This document shows, piece after piece, positions 14,527 to 27,321 of a DNA stretch of 51,052 bases (its first letter is position 1; each line of letters opens with the position of its first letter). The position numbers were made by a program, and so were the translations under genes. A model generated the notes under the pieces. It saw only the letters and a list, made by a program, of their open reading frames with translations, was not told the origin of the DNA and ran no database searches. Source of the stretch: Salpingoeca rosetta (lineage: Eukaryota; Protista; Choanoflagellata); the NCBI GenBank assembly GCA_033442325.1, contig JAWQFM010000036.1, forward strand, positions 252,506 to 303,557, written 5' to 3'.

Positions 14527-15378
14527 ATACACGCACCAACGTACACACACTGGTCTAGCTGTTGCCACGCTCACCTTGGCTGTGACACCATGCAAATGTG
14601 TGCGGGCATGGTGAAACAGGACTTGCTGAAGCAAAGCCCACGTGCTGAGCTAGTTCAGAAGAAGGACGAGCCAAAGCGCACGCCGCGGCCACTCCACAAA
14701 CTCCTTCCACCGCACGTCCTGCATCCACCATCACCGCGTCCCGTCCGCGCTCGAGGTCGCGTTCAGCCAACACGCCTGGTTCCCACGAAACCGCACGTGT
14801 GCACATGTGCCAGTCGCCGACGCGCCGCCGCCACCGCCGCTGCCACCGCCGCCGCTGATGCTGCTGGCCGCGGTGATAGTGGTGTTGATCGTGTCGACAG
14901 CGTTGATGGTGATCGTGGACGTGTGTGATCAGGTGTCCTTCAGATGGACACACACACACACTCGCACACATGTCCTGCTGGCCATGGCTTGGCCATTGAC
15001 GCCTTTCGTGTTCTCTGTCTGTGATATTTGCAGTCAGTGCAGTTGGTGTTGTCGGTCGCTGTCATCATGCTGTCGCTGTCATCATGCTGTCGCTGTCATG
15101 GTCGTGGTGCCACTGGTCGTGGTGTTCGCGGATGGTGTGTTGCATTCCCCCAAACCATTGCCGTTTGTGTCCTTTGCACCTTGATTGTTGATGTTTTCTG
15201 TTGTCTCTGGTCGCTGCTGGTGCGGCTGCCTCATTGCGGGTGGTCGGGCTTGCTGCAATCCAAGCCTTCAAATCCCACCTGTCCATGTTCCTCTGCACGT
15301 CATGTTCCCTGTCGGCGGACACATGCACACGCACACGCATACACACATACGGGTGAGAGGTTGTGAGTGAGGACCATG

Positions 15379-15409
<31 letters not shown>

Positions 15410-16058
15410 ACACACACACACACATACACACACACACACACAGTGGTGCGCACTGCTTCATGCAATGCCCGCAACGGCTCACGAACAGCTTGCATCAATC
15501 GCCTCTGACATCACAATTTGAATCATTTACCTGGCATCGAATTAAACAACAACAAAATGTGTCGTGTGGTTGCGCACATACGAAAGTGAATCTGCCAACA
15601 GCCGCCAAAATTCACGCAAGCCATCTTCGCCCACAACAGCAGCGCACACCAGCACGAGAGAAGAAGCCGAGTAGGTTGGGGGATGAAGGGAGGCAAGGGA
15701 GAAAGTAGTGTGGTTGTGTGCACCGGTGCGATTGTGTTTCAGGTTGGTGTGAGCGCTTGCGCGGTTGCGTGTATGTGTGGGTGGCTGTGCAAACATGAAG
15801 GAGTGCACAGGCACAACCAAGGTCCCACCCAGTGACACTCACACGCGCACGCACAAACGCGCACACGCACACGCGCTCACGTAAACAACCAACCTTGTGC
15901 CACAGCGATTCACTGTGCACAGCAGCAGTAGCGACAATCGCACAGTCATGGATGACGCCATCCCAACCTTCTACAGCATCGTGAGTGCCTGCAGCGCAAT
16001 GCGTGTGTGTGTGTGTGCATGAGTGCGCATGTGTATGCATGTCGTGGAAGCACGTGTG

Positions 16059-16124
<66 letters not shown>

Positions 16125-16129
16125 CGCGC

Positions 16130-17116
16130 GTGTGCGTGTGTGCGACAGTGAATCATGGGCACGTCTACAACCCCTTGCACCATCGCTTCTTCGTCACCAC
16201 TAACGCACACACACACACACACACACACACAATTCCTCACACCCACCCTGTGTCGTGTACGCACCCTGTGCAGCGGGCGTGGATGCAAACCCAGCAGACG
16301 AGTGCTGCGCGTATGCGCGGTCTTCAATCGGTTCATCGCCGCATGCGCCGCCGCCGCCACCACTGCCACCTTCCTCAATACTGGCTGGCCCTCAATCTTC
16401 TTGAGCGGGAGCGCAGTCGCCAACACCAACACCAACAGCGCCATCGTCGCTCGCAGCCAACAGCAGCAGCAACGCCACCGCATGCACCCATGGTGACAGC
16501 AGCTGCTGGTACACGCGCCCACGACCCACAGCAGCAACAGCACGTGCCACAAGGGGTCCGTACATCACTGCCATTTCAGCAGCAGTACCATGGCGCGACA
16601 TCACCGCCTGGTTATCCGGGGCTCGCTCCCGTTTATGAGCAGATGATGATGATGACGACGATGATGCCATTGGCGCCGACGGTGCAGCCGCTACAGATGT
16701 ACCAGTCGTTCCCACAGCAGCGCGCTCAACAGCAGCAGCAGCAGCAGCAGCCAGCAACGCACGGCTTCTGCCACTACTGCCACCAGTACCACCATCACGA
16801 CCACTATCATTTCCACCACCAGGTTGTGGATGGTGGCCAGCACGTGGTGGGACTCCGTCTGCCGCTGCTGCAGGGGCACATCGCTCATCCACCGCTGGGC
16901 GAGTGGCAGCAGCAGCGCGTGCAGGGCGAGATGGTGCGCACACATCCACACGTGCGGCGCAACGCGGCCGGTGAGCAACACGTCTTTCCCGCGCAGCACA
17001 TGATGTTGGCTAGTCCTCCTCCTCCTCCACCACCACCACCGCCACCACGCCGCGCTGACAACAGCGGCGGAGACGGCGGCAGTGGCAGTGGCGCTGCTCA
17101 GGATGGCGAATGGTGA
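16130..17116 (+). CDS. Possible Q/P/H-rich hypothetical protein exon; true 5' boundary probably an acceptor near 16274
   Basis: Long open frame with poly-Q and poly-P tracts. No recognisable domain. Confidence 0.3.
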   Translation: MCVCATVNHGHVYNPLHHRFFVTTNAHTHTHTHTIPHTHPVSCTHPVQRAWMQTQQTSAARMRGLQSVHRRMRRRRHHCHLPQYWLALNLLERERSRQHQHQQRHRRSQPTAAATPPHAPMVTAAAGTRAHDPQQQQHVPQGVRTSLPFQQQYHGATSPPGYPGLAPVYEQMMMMTTMMPLAPTVQPLQMYQSFPQQRAQQQQQQQQPATHGFCHYCHQYHHHDHYHFHHQVVDGGQHVVGLRLPLLQGHIAHPPLGEWQQQRVQGEMVRTHPHVRRNAAGEQHVFPAQHMMLASPPPPPPPPPPPRRADNSGGDGGSGSGAAQDGEW

Positions 17117-17587
17117 CGATGGTGACGATGAAGAAGAAGGGACGCGTGGACGCGTGCTTGCATCAGGCCAGGCCAGCTGTCAAAGGGAACGGGCGGATTG
17201 TGGTTTGATTCCCCGCTGCTGTCCTCGTTATGTGTTGGTGTTTGTGCTTGTCTCGGCCTCTCTGCGTCGATGGTCTTCAGCTTCTTCGTCTCCTCCTTTC
17301 CTGTCGTGTGTGTTGTTGTCGTTCATTCAGAGGCTGCGACCGTCATCACTGTCTGTTGTTGCTGTTGTCTGTTGCCGTTCGTTGTTGTTGGAGTGAATGA
17401 TGCATTTGATCTCCCCTTCCGTGTATGCTGTTGCTGTTGCTGCTTCAGCACGCCATGCTTCTTGTTGAATCTTTGCTGTCCTCGTGCACAACACGGTGGC
17501 ATCTGTCTTGATTCTGCAGCAGCAAAGCACACCAAGGGAAAGCGTGAGAGGACACACACACACACACGCACACACAAACACACACGC

Positions 17588-17636
<49 letters not shown>

Positions 17637-18321
17637 CGCATTGCCTGTGGAACGGACCGTGGAATGAAATCGCTGCTCGCGTGCTGCGACGTTGCGATGT
17701 GGACAGAGAGAGGTATTCACCCAGCATCCGTCTGCCCGAGTATGCGTGTGTGTATGCATGTACGCGCGCGCATGTTGGCATTGTGAGGGTCAGGTGCACG
17801 TTGCAGGAGGTTGGCGGAGTCCAACACACAACACACGCACGCAAGACGGTGTGCGTGTGAAAGACAACGTAGAGCACTGGCATGAACACGCAAGCACCCC
17901 CGCACGCTGTTCGAAGTGCAGGGGACTTGCCCTCGAAGGGGCACCACTCACAAACACACACCACGCGCGCACACACACAAACACACACGCGCGCGCACAC
18001 ACACACTCTCTCACCTACACACTACCTCATGTGCGTGGGTTGGATGGATTGTGTGGCAGCCTCAGCAACCAGCACGAGTGTCATAACCACACGAGGGCAG
18101 ACGTTGGCATGGCTGCAGCCGCCTCTGTCGTTCTTCTGGCTTGCATGGAGTCATGCCACTTGGAACTGACAAACCCAAACGGCAACCGCAAAGTGTGAAC
18201 GTTTGTGTGGCGTGTCAATGAAGACGAGAGTGAGCAATCGTGGTTGTATGTGTTTCGTGCAAACGCACGATCGGCCCATGATCAACCAAGCACAGCCCAA
18301 CACATGCGCACGCACCGGAGC

Positions 18322-18396
<75 letters not shown>

Positions 18397-20488
18397 CAAA
18401 GAACGAAATCTTGTGAACTGCGTGGTCGATTCTCTCCAATGTGAAAGCGGTGCTCCCTGAACTAGCAAGAGCTATCCCACGCCAAAGAGCACAGTGCGTG
18501 TACCTGTGGTTGGTTGCAGGCCTGTGGAGTGCTCACAGCGAGTGTGCACATCTGCCAAGGCAGTCACTGAGCTGATGCGTGGTTCGTCAGGGAGAAAGAC
18601 GAGAAGTCAGAGCCAGAGCCACGAAAGAGAGACCTTCACTTCTTCAGTGCAGTTCAGCCGAGTAAGCCTCCTTGTTTCTGTGTGCTCCGATTGCAGCCTT
18701 GCGTGTTCGAGGGTGCAAGCGCAGCAAGCGTGCCCACTGTTTCCATTGTCGAGCGCGTTTGTGTCTGTGGTGTGCGAATGTGTGGTCGGTGAATCAGTAT
18801 GCAAGCAAGCGCGCCAACAGACAAAATCTCACAACGAACACACGCTGTGTCCATGCTCTCAGCGTATTTGCCCGGCTACCTTCACTCACCACCAGAAACA
18901 CTGACACAACACACAAAACTCACCTCCAGTCCATTCTGCATGCAACATGTGGTGGTGTCCGTTATCATACCTGCGATCACTGCAGGAGTGTCGCCACTTG
19001 AGCCATCTGCCTGGCGGGCAGCTCGGTCAGGAGACAAGTGTCGCGCCTTGGCGCCATGGCACGATCGAAAATGTGTATGTCACGCATATAATTGGATGTG
19101 AGAACATATCAACCCCTTTCTGTGTCACACACACACTTGTGTTTAAACCACCTCGCATCACCACCAGAAGCACAACGACATGCTTTCTCTTCCATTTGCG
19201 CTCAACGAGCCATTTCTCCTCCCTCACTGTTACCCCTGACTCCACTCCCATGTTGCAACACCTAAGCACAAGCCGCATTTATTCCAAACGCCATGAACTT
19301 ACTTGAAGGCAGTGGTGGCGGCACCAGGGTGATGCTGGTTTGGGTGTAGGCAGTAGAGTGCCAGTGACACGTGCATCGCATCAGTCAGTCGACACAGGTG
19401 TGTGAGAGACGACGAGCGCCGTGCACATCCACTGTCATGCCTCTTCCCTGTTGTTTTCAATGAGAGCGTGTGCGTGTGTGTTTGTGTGTGCATGTTTGTG
19501 TGTGTGTGTGTGTGTGCATGTTTGTGTGTGTGATTTTGAGTGTGAGTGTGTGGAGAAGCGTGCCCGCACGCAAGCAGGCTGTCTTTCTGTCTGGGTTCCT
19601 CCACGCACAATCGCAGCGACACACACGCCTGCTGTTGTCATCTTTCAAGAGCAAGACAGAGCCAACACAAAGCACAGAGAGAGAGACGCACGCAACCCCT
19701 TATGCCTGCAGTGCATCTCTAGCTGGCTGCCTGCAACAACAGAAGAGGCGCAGAGCCCGCCACTCACATCACTCACCACCATTGTCGTCGTGGTTGTCTT
19801 CTGCAGCACAACAGCTTGTTTGCTGTCTGTGCTTTTGCTTGCAAGCAAGAAGCAAGCAGCACTGTTCGGCACCGTCCTGAATTCAGTTTTTTGCAGAACC
19901 AAAAACGCACGACCCTGACCAAAACGCTTCGCAAACAAAACGTGGTTGAGTGAAAGTTGTTGCGTTTCTGGCAACCCATGCACATGTACTCTTCCACTCC
20001 ACCTTCTCGCTCATCGTCCACTGACGGACCTTCCCTTGCCCGCCCCCTTGCCATCCTGCCATCAAGGCAACGCAGGGAACGAACACATGTTAAGACGTGT
20101 TGCAGTGGGCCAAAGCGCCAACCCTGACAACCCCCAAGCTCAACCAACCCTGACAACAACTTTTTCGCATGGAAAAGGTGTTTTTCCCTTTGTTGTCTCC
20201 TTGCTGCGTGTCCAGTGGCTGGAACGAAAGTCATGGCGACGTGTAGGATGTGGGTGTGGTTGTGTGGCTGCCAGCTGCAGCAGAGCAGGGAGATGGGAGA
20301 TGATGATGGTTGGTGGGTGGTTGGCGCTTTGACATTTTTCCAACCACCTCGACAACCATCGGAAGTCACACTCCAGCACACACTCACACAGCGAGGACAA
20401 TCACCCACAGTTACCCAATACCGGCAACAGCAACCAAGCAACTCTTGCCAACGACAACCTCTTCCACAAGAAGAAGAGCGGGCAAAAC

Positions 20489-21546
20489 ATGATGGCACAC
20501 ACATCCACCGCATCCATGCTGCACTTCCTGATGATCGTGCTCGCCACGGCCCTCACTGCGGCCTCACCGGTCACGGCACAACAGAACGGCACAGCGGTCC
20601 CTGCCGCGTACCGCATCCAAATCGGTTGCGTCCTCTCCCCACTTCACCCAGGTGGGTTCCATGTGTTTGTGCGTGGCTGTGCGCGTGCAAAGGTGTACGT
20701 GCGAACACATCGGTGTTCTCGCTTGCTTGTTGGTTTCCTTGCCACCCCTGCAGCGTGTCGCTTTCGCTGCGTCACTTCCACTTGCTTGTTCGCGAACTCG
20801 CAACTCCACGACTTGGGCGTTGTCACATCACCACACACGCACACTTGCTTGCATTTTCCGTGTCACCAGAGGCATGTGATGCCTACGAGAACTTCCTGAA
20901 CGCTGTTATCCCCGGCCTCTTTGCCTTTCACCGCATGTCGGAACTGGAGCTGCTGGATCAGGTCGACACCCTGGAGTATGCACTCGTCGACACCAAGACC
21001 ATGTCCTGCCTCGACGTCGAACAAGGATTCGCCCCTCTCAACGGCTTTGGCCTCCCCGTCGTCACAGGTGTGTGTGTGTGTGCCTGTGCCTGTGTGTCTG
21101 TCTGTGTCTGTCTGTCTGTCTGTCTGTGTGTGTCTGTGTGTGTGTGTGTGTCTGTGTCTGTGTGTGTCTGCGTTTGCCTCTCTGAGCGAGTGTCACGTGT
21201 TTGCCTCTCTGTCACGTCGTCAACCGCTTGAGAAACTGCTCAACCTAACGAACAGCTTGATTTCTCGCGAAGGTGACCAACTTACCACTCTCCACCCCTT
21301 TTGCAATACCTTCACTGCGTTACACAGCCGCTGGCGACTCAGGAGACGAGGTCAAGTTTGTAGACACCGTTGGCGGTGTGATGTTCACCACGCGCGACTC
21401 CCGTATTGTCTCACTGTCTGACCTCAAGGACCAGGTCATCGCCGGCACCACCATCACGGACTTTGCGAGCACGCACGCCAACTTTGCCAAGTACCGCAGC
21501 AAGATTGGCACTGACCTCATCGACGACGCAGCCGAGGTGCGGTTCA

Positions 21547-21579
<33 letters not shown>

Positions 21580-24379
21580 CTGTGTGTGTGTGTCTGTGTG
21601 TGTGTGTGTGTGTGATGTGTGTGTTGATGTGTGTGTTTATGTGTGGTGCAATCCTGTGCACATTGGCCTACTGGCTTGTCTCCTGTCTCACTTCCTGTCT
21701 CACACCAACACCGCACCATACTGCAACATCTGCCCCAACTCAAACACACAGGTTCAGTTCATGGGCACACACGACCGCGTGCTTGATGCCGTGCTGTCTG
21801 GCGATGCTGCTGCCGGCATGGTGCAAACCGGTTTCCTCGAGCAAGCCGCCCATGACGGGCTGCTCAACTGGGAAGACATCGACATCCTCGCCCAGGAGAT
21901 TGCCATCACCGAAGACGGCACGCGCTTCCCCTACTTCAGCTCAACCCCCATCTACCCAGGCTGGACCGTTGTTGCCACCAGCTTCTCATCGCTGCAGGCG
22001 CGCACCGATGTGCTCAACTTTGTCCTCGCCGTCCCCAGCACCACCATCGCCTTCACGTCGCCCGAGAGCTTTGCCGGCGTCGGCGATATCCTGGTGAGCG
22101 AATTGAGTTGTGGCGTGGGGTTTGTGTGGTCCGCATGTTGCTGCATGCTTCCAGTGCGCACACATATGACAGTGCTTGCTTGGCTGCGGCATGCACGCAC
22201 ATCACCCGCGCATCCTAATTCCAATGCTGTCACTTACTCATTCCCCACCTCTCACATTCGCTCCAACATGATCACAACCACCAACACAGGAGAACTTTGG
22301 CGTGATTGAGCGCGATCTTGTGCGCACGACAGAGACCCGCTGCGTCCGCAAGATGTCGCACATTGTTGTTCAAGAGGAAGAAGACCACGAGGAAGAGACG
22401 CCAGCGGTGGAGGTGGACGGTGATGGGCACGAGGGCGAAGAAGAAGAACATGAACAGCCATCTTATGAACCGGGCACAGTCGTGTTGGCTGCTGCAGGTG
22501 GCGAGCAAGGTCATGACGACCATGAGGATGAACTCTCTGCCTCCCAAATCATCTGCCCAAACACGCACTTCATCTACAACCACGCTGTGCTCGCCACCCG
22601 CTGTGCCGGCCGCTCGTGCCCCGAGCAAACGCGCTGCCTCTGCCGTCCATGCCAGAAGTCCGCGCCAATCTTGGTTCGTTTGTGTGTGTGTATGTGTATG
22701 TGTGTATGTGTGTGTGCTTATGTGTATGGTGTGTGCAGTGCATTTGTTTTATTTTCGTTTGCGGCACATCACTGATCAGGCAATTTGGATACGCACAAAC
22801 CACGCGTCATTCCACATCGCTTTCCTCAGCCGCTCACATACAATTCAAATCTCTCCCTGTGACATGACGTTGCTTGCTTGCAGGCACACGCCACTCCGTT
22901 TCAATTGACGGATGAGCTGGTGGAACAGGATGACCCTGCGGTTCACGACATCCTGCTGACGTCGTGCGATCGAATGCGCGTGTGTGCGTTTGGACAGCAG
23001 GCGCAGACGCTCCACTTCGTGCTTGAGGACCAGCTGTACTCTGAGCGAGGCAACAAGGACACTCTGTTCTACTTTGTCAGCCTCTTCTGGGCTGATGCCG
23101 AGGGCTTCGCGAGCATGGAGGCAGTACCCTTGGCGCACGCGCCCAACCTCGCTACAGTCAACGTCACTGAAACACATTACGGCACCGCAGTCGTGGAGGT
23201 ACGTGAAGGATGATGTGAGTGCGTGAACACCTCATCAAACCAGCATATGCACGCCCAAGTTTGCATGCTACCGTGACACACAAACATTCACACACATTTA
23301 CACACACACACTGCAAAGGAAAATGTAGCGCTAACTCAAACTCACCTTGCACTTCTTACCCGTGCCTCGTTCGCCACCCCCCGCCCCAACTCATCAACAC
23401 CCCCAGGTCTACCTTGCCGATCGCAACACGGAGTTTTCGGAGTGGCAGCCCATTGATGGAAGCCCCTTCCTGCTTCAGGTCTCGCCACGCGACTGCCCAG
23501 ATGGAATGGAGGCAACGCAGGACAACACGTGCGAATGCCCTGTGGGCACGCTCCACCTGAGCGGGAAATGCATGCAGGCAAAGGAGTACTTGCCCATCTT
23601 CATCGGCAGCGCCCTGGCTGTGATTGGCATCGGCGTGTACATTGCCATTGCGGTGGTGCGACGAAACGCAGACAAGCTGTGGCAGATTGACGCGGCAGAC
23701 GTTGTTGTGAGCGACCCGCCCGAGGTGCTTGGGATGGGCGCGTTTGGTGTTGTGATCAAGGGGGAGCTGAACGGCACCGGCATCGCCATCAAGCGCGTCA
23801 TGCCACGATCATCCAAGAAGACGACAGACACGAATGGACGCAGCACTCGCACGAGGGGCAGGATCGCCAGCAGCAAGCGCAGTGCCAAGAGTGCCAGCAC
23901 CGTTGACAGCAGCAACGTCGACGTGTACTCGATGAACGCGACCAGCACCATCCAAGCATCCAAGACAACCAATGGCTTTGGCATGGAGTTTGGCAACGTC
24001 GACAATGAGGCAGCGATTGAGCGGGCGCTGGAGTGGCAGGATGCGGAAGCAAACAAGGCAACAACAGCCCGCACCGGCCACGGCAAGGAGATCTCCAACG
24101 CCAAGTGCGTGCGATGGCTGATTTTGTCAGTGTGTGTGTGTTTATGTTTGTGTGTGCATCTTTGTGTGTTGGTGCGCTGGAGGTGAGAAAGCATCACCTG
24201 GCTGCTACTCATCAACCCATTTGTTGCATGTTCTTGTTTCGCAGGTCTGAGTTCATGGCGGAGATTCGCCTGCTGTCGCGCCTGCGTCACCCGTGCGTCG
24301 CCACCATGCTCGGCGCCATCGTCACAAAGTCAAGCGAAGTTCTCCTCGTCATGGAATACCTCGAGCACGGGTTAGTTGT

Positions 24380-24460
<81 letters not shown>

Positions 24461-24948
24461 TGTCTTTCTGCCTGTCTATCTGTGTTTGTGTGTGTGTGTG
24501 TGCGTGTGTGTGTGTGTATGTGTGCGTGTGCGTGTGTGTGTGTCTCTCTCTCTCTTTCTACCTGTCTATCTGTGTCTGTGTGTGTGTGTGCGTGTGTGTC
24601 GCGTGCTGCTTGGGGATGCTTGCAAGCAAACTGGCAGAGCCCTTCTCATCGCTCACAATCGGTTGTCACAACCCATCACTGCTCAAACGCTGCTCCAACC
24701 AACGACAGGTCGCTGTATGACTTCCTGCGCAACGACAAGCTGCCGACACCAGACATGTTCCTGCTGCCCATTGTCAAGGACATTGTGTCTGGCATGCGCT
24801 ACATCCACAACCTCAAGCCAGCAGTTGTGCACGGCGATCTCAAGGCGAAGAACGTGCTTGTGGATGGCAACTTCAAGGCCAAGATCTCCGACTTTGGTCT
24901 CTCCCAGAAGCAACGCTTTGGCTGTGGCACACCAATGTGGATGGCGCC

Positions 24949-24998
<50 letters not shown>

Positions 24999-25012
24999 CT
25001 GTGCCTGTGTGA

Positions 25013-25051
<39 letters not shown>

Positions 25052-26847
25052 GATGTGCATGCATGCAAGCACGTGCATATGTATTCGGGTGTGTGTGACA
25101 CAGTTGCGTTCTTTTCCCCCTACCTCAACACATACACCATACCTTCCAACCACAACCACTCACAATTGCCACTCACAATCATCGCCAACACAACCACCCC
25201 TCACCAACCAATCATCACAACCATGCAGAGGTGCTGCGCGGAGGAGAGGTGACACGGGAGGCGGACGTGTACAGCTTCGCCATCACGGTGTACGAGATCT
25301 ACAGCCGGCAGGACCCGTTCCCAGATGAGGACGCGTCGGAGGTGCTGCGTCAGATTGCCGCACGCCAGGTGCCGGCAAAGCGACCCGACATCCCAGACTC
25401 GTGCCCCGTCATGCTGGCTGAGCTTGCGCGGCGGTGCTGGTCCGAGGAGCCCAAGTTCCGGCCAACGTTCGACCAGGTGGACGCGCAGCTGGGCGAGCTG
25501 AACATCAGCAAGGTGGGCGCAAGCCTCATTCAGCAGAAGCAGGACGCACTCAACAAGGCCACGGTGCTCAACGACGTGTTCCCAGAGCACATTGCCAAGA
25601 TACATTGCAGATGCTGAGAGGGCAAGAAGTGCACCCGGAGCACAAGACGACGTGACCATCTCCTCTCCGACATGTGGGCTCACAACATCAGCGCGCAGCT
25701 GACGCCGGCGGCGGTGTCGGACATGCTCGACCGGCTGTACTGCATCTTTGACGAGCTGACGGAGAAGCACGGCGTGTTCAAGGTGGAGACCATTGGCGAC
25801 GCGTACATGGCGGCAACAAACCTTGTCAAGCCGCAGCACGACCACGCGCTCCGCATTGCGCAGTTTGCGGAGGACGCCATCAAGGCGGCGCAGTCGACGT
25901 TCATTGACATGGAGCGGCCGGAGCTCGGGTGCGTGAACATCCGCGTTGGGTTCCACTGCGGCCCTGTTGTGGCCAACGTTGTTGGGCGGCGCAACCCGCG
26001 GTACTGCCTGTTTGGGGACACGGTGAACACGGCGTCGCGCATGGAGAGCTCGAGCGAGCGCAACAAAATCCACGTGTCGACGTCTGCGGGGGACCGCGTG
26101 CGGAGCCAGGCGCCGTGGGTGAAGCTTGAGTCGCGCGGGGTGCAGAACATCAAGGGCAAGGGCGAGATGCTGACATACTGGCTGGTGAGCACGAAGAAGC
26201 CTGAGCAGACGGGGCGTGTTGCCATTGCGGAGAACGAGGCCACCGTCATTGACATGGGCGAGGGTGACGATGCAAGCAGCTGCGACATCGATGATGGTGA
26301 TTGCCACGATCAAGAGCACAGCGGTGATGACGCCGACGGCCACAGGAACAGCGCGCAGCCAAAGGACAGCATTGGGGGCGGGTTTGTGTTCAAGAAGAAG
26401 CGTGCGTCGTCCATTGGGCGGCAGTCGGCAGGAACGCACGAGGGCCGCGCATCGGCGCGCGTGTCCCTGAGCTCCGTGTCGTGGCTCAACGATGCAAAGG
26501 AGTTTGAAGCCCTGTCACGTGACAGCTTTGGCAGCCGTCGCATCTCCACCACCCCACGCAACCCAGCACCACCACCACCGTCGTCGTCGTCGCCATTGTC
26601 GGCAATGTCCCCTTCCCCTGGTGATGACCACGATGACCATGATGGTGACGCGTCGCGGCCGAGGAAGAAGCGCTCGTCGTACTACGCGCTGGCGGCGGTG
26701 GATGCAGAGGCCTCGCCCAACAACCGCAGATACAGCGCCATCATGGAGGGCAGCGATGACGATGAAGTGGACGAGGGGACGGGAACGCGAGGTGATGGAA
26801 ACAGCGTCACCATCTCCATCCAAGAATCAGAAAGCGTTGACGTGTAA
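20489..26847 (+). CDS. Receptor kinase-guanylyl cyclase: signal peptide, PhnD/SsuA-like periplasmic-binding-protein ectodomain, Cys-rich region, single TM, protein kinase, class III guanylyl cyclase, low-complexity tail. Exons 20489-20651, 20870-21067, 21328-21536, 21752-22093, 22290-22673, 22884-23198, 23407-24104, 24245-24370, 24709-24950, 25229-26847.
   Basis: All GT-AG junctions are phase-compatible. Motifs seen: FMGTHDRVLDAVLSGDAAAGMV (PBP type 2), TM YLPIFIGSALAVIGIGVYIAIAVV, GMGAFGVV, IAIK, HGDLKAKN, DFG, WMAPE, DVYSFA, FKVETIGDAYM, RYCLFGDTVNTASRMES. Frameshifts at ~25600-25685. Confidence 0.93.
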
Positions 26848-27221
26848 TGTGTGTGTGTGTGTGGTTGTGTGTGTGTATGTGTGTGCGCGTATGTGTGTGT
26901 GTTGGTGTGTGTGTGTGTGTGTGTGGTTGTGTGTGAGTGTGTGAGTGAGTGAGTGAGTGAGAGAGACACACACACACACAGCAGGGAGAGAGGATGTGCG
27001 TATGTGGATTACTCTTGTTGGTTTGGTGTTTTGGTAATGCCCGTAGCCGTATCAAGAAGTGTTACTCGCACGCATTGGTGTGCGGTGTGCAGTTCTGTTG
27101 TGTTCTGTGTTCTTCCGTTGTTGTTGATTTGGCCACTGTGTTTCGTGGCGTCACTGTCTGTGCTTGTTCAAGCGTCGACACGGCGGTATGTCCACGTGTT
27201 TTGCCGGCTTTATTTTGATTT

Positions 27222-27321
27222 NNNNNNNNNNNNNNNNNNNNNNNNNNNNNNNNNNNNNNNNNNNNNNNNNNNNNNNNNNNNNNNNNNNNNNNNNNNNNNN
27301 NNNNNNNNNNNNNNNNNNNNN
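27222..27321. other. Assembly gap (100 N)
   Basis: Run of N. Confidence 1.

Noticed and set aside
3000-20200. Many 60-250 aa ORFs with HTHT, CVCV or poly-C/L runs
   Set aside because: They are translations of microsatellites. Small exons may exist (e.g. minus-strand donors near 7536 and 7933, plus-strand pieces at 14170-14930), but I could not build a supported gene model.
25595-25690. Programmed frameshifting in the cyclase gene
   Set aside because: Many independent 1-nt losses in under 100 bp with no slippery site fit consensus error better.
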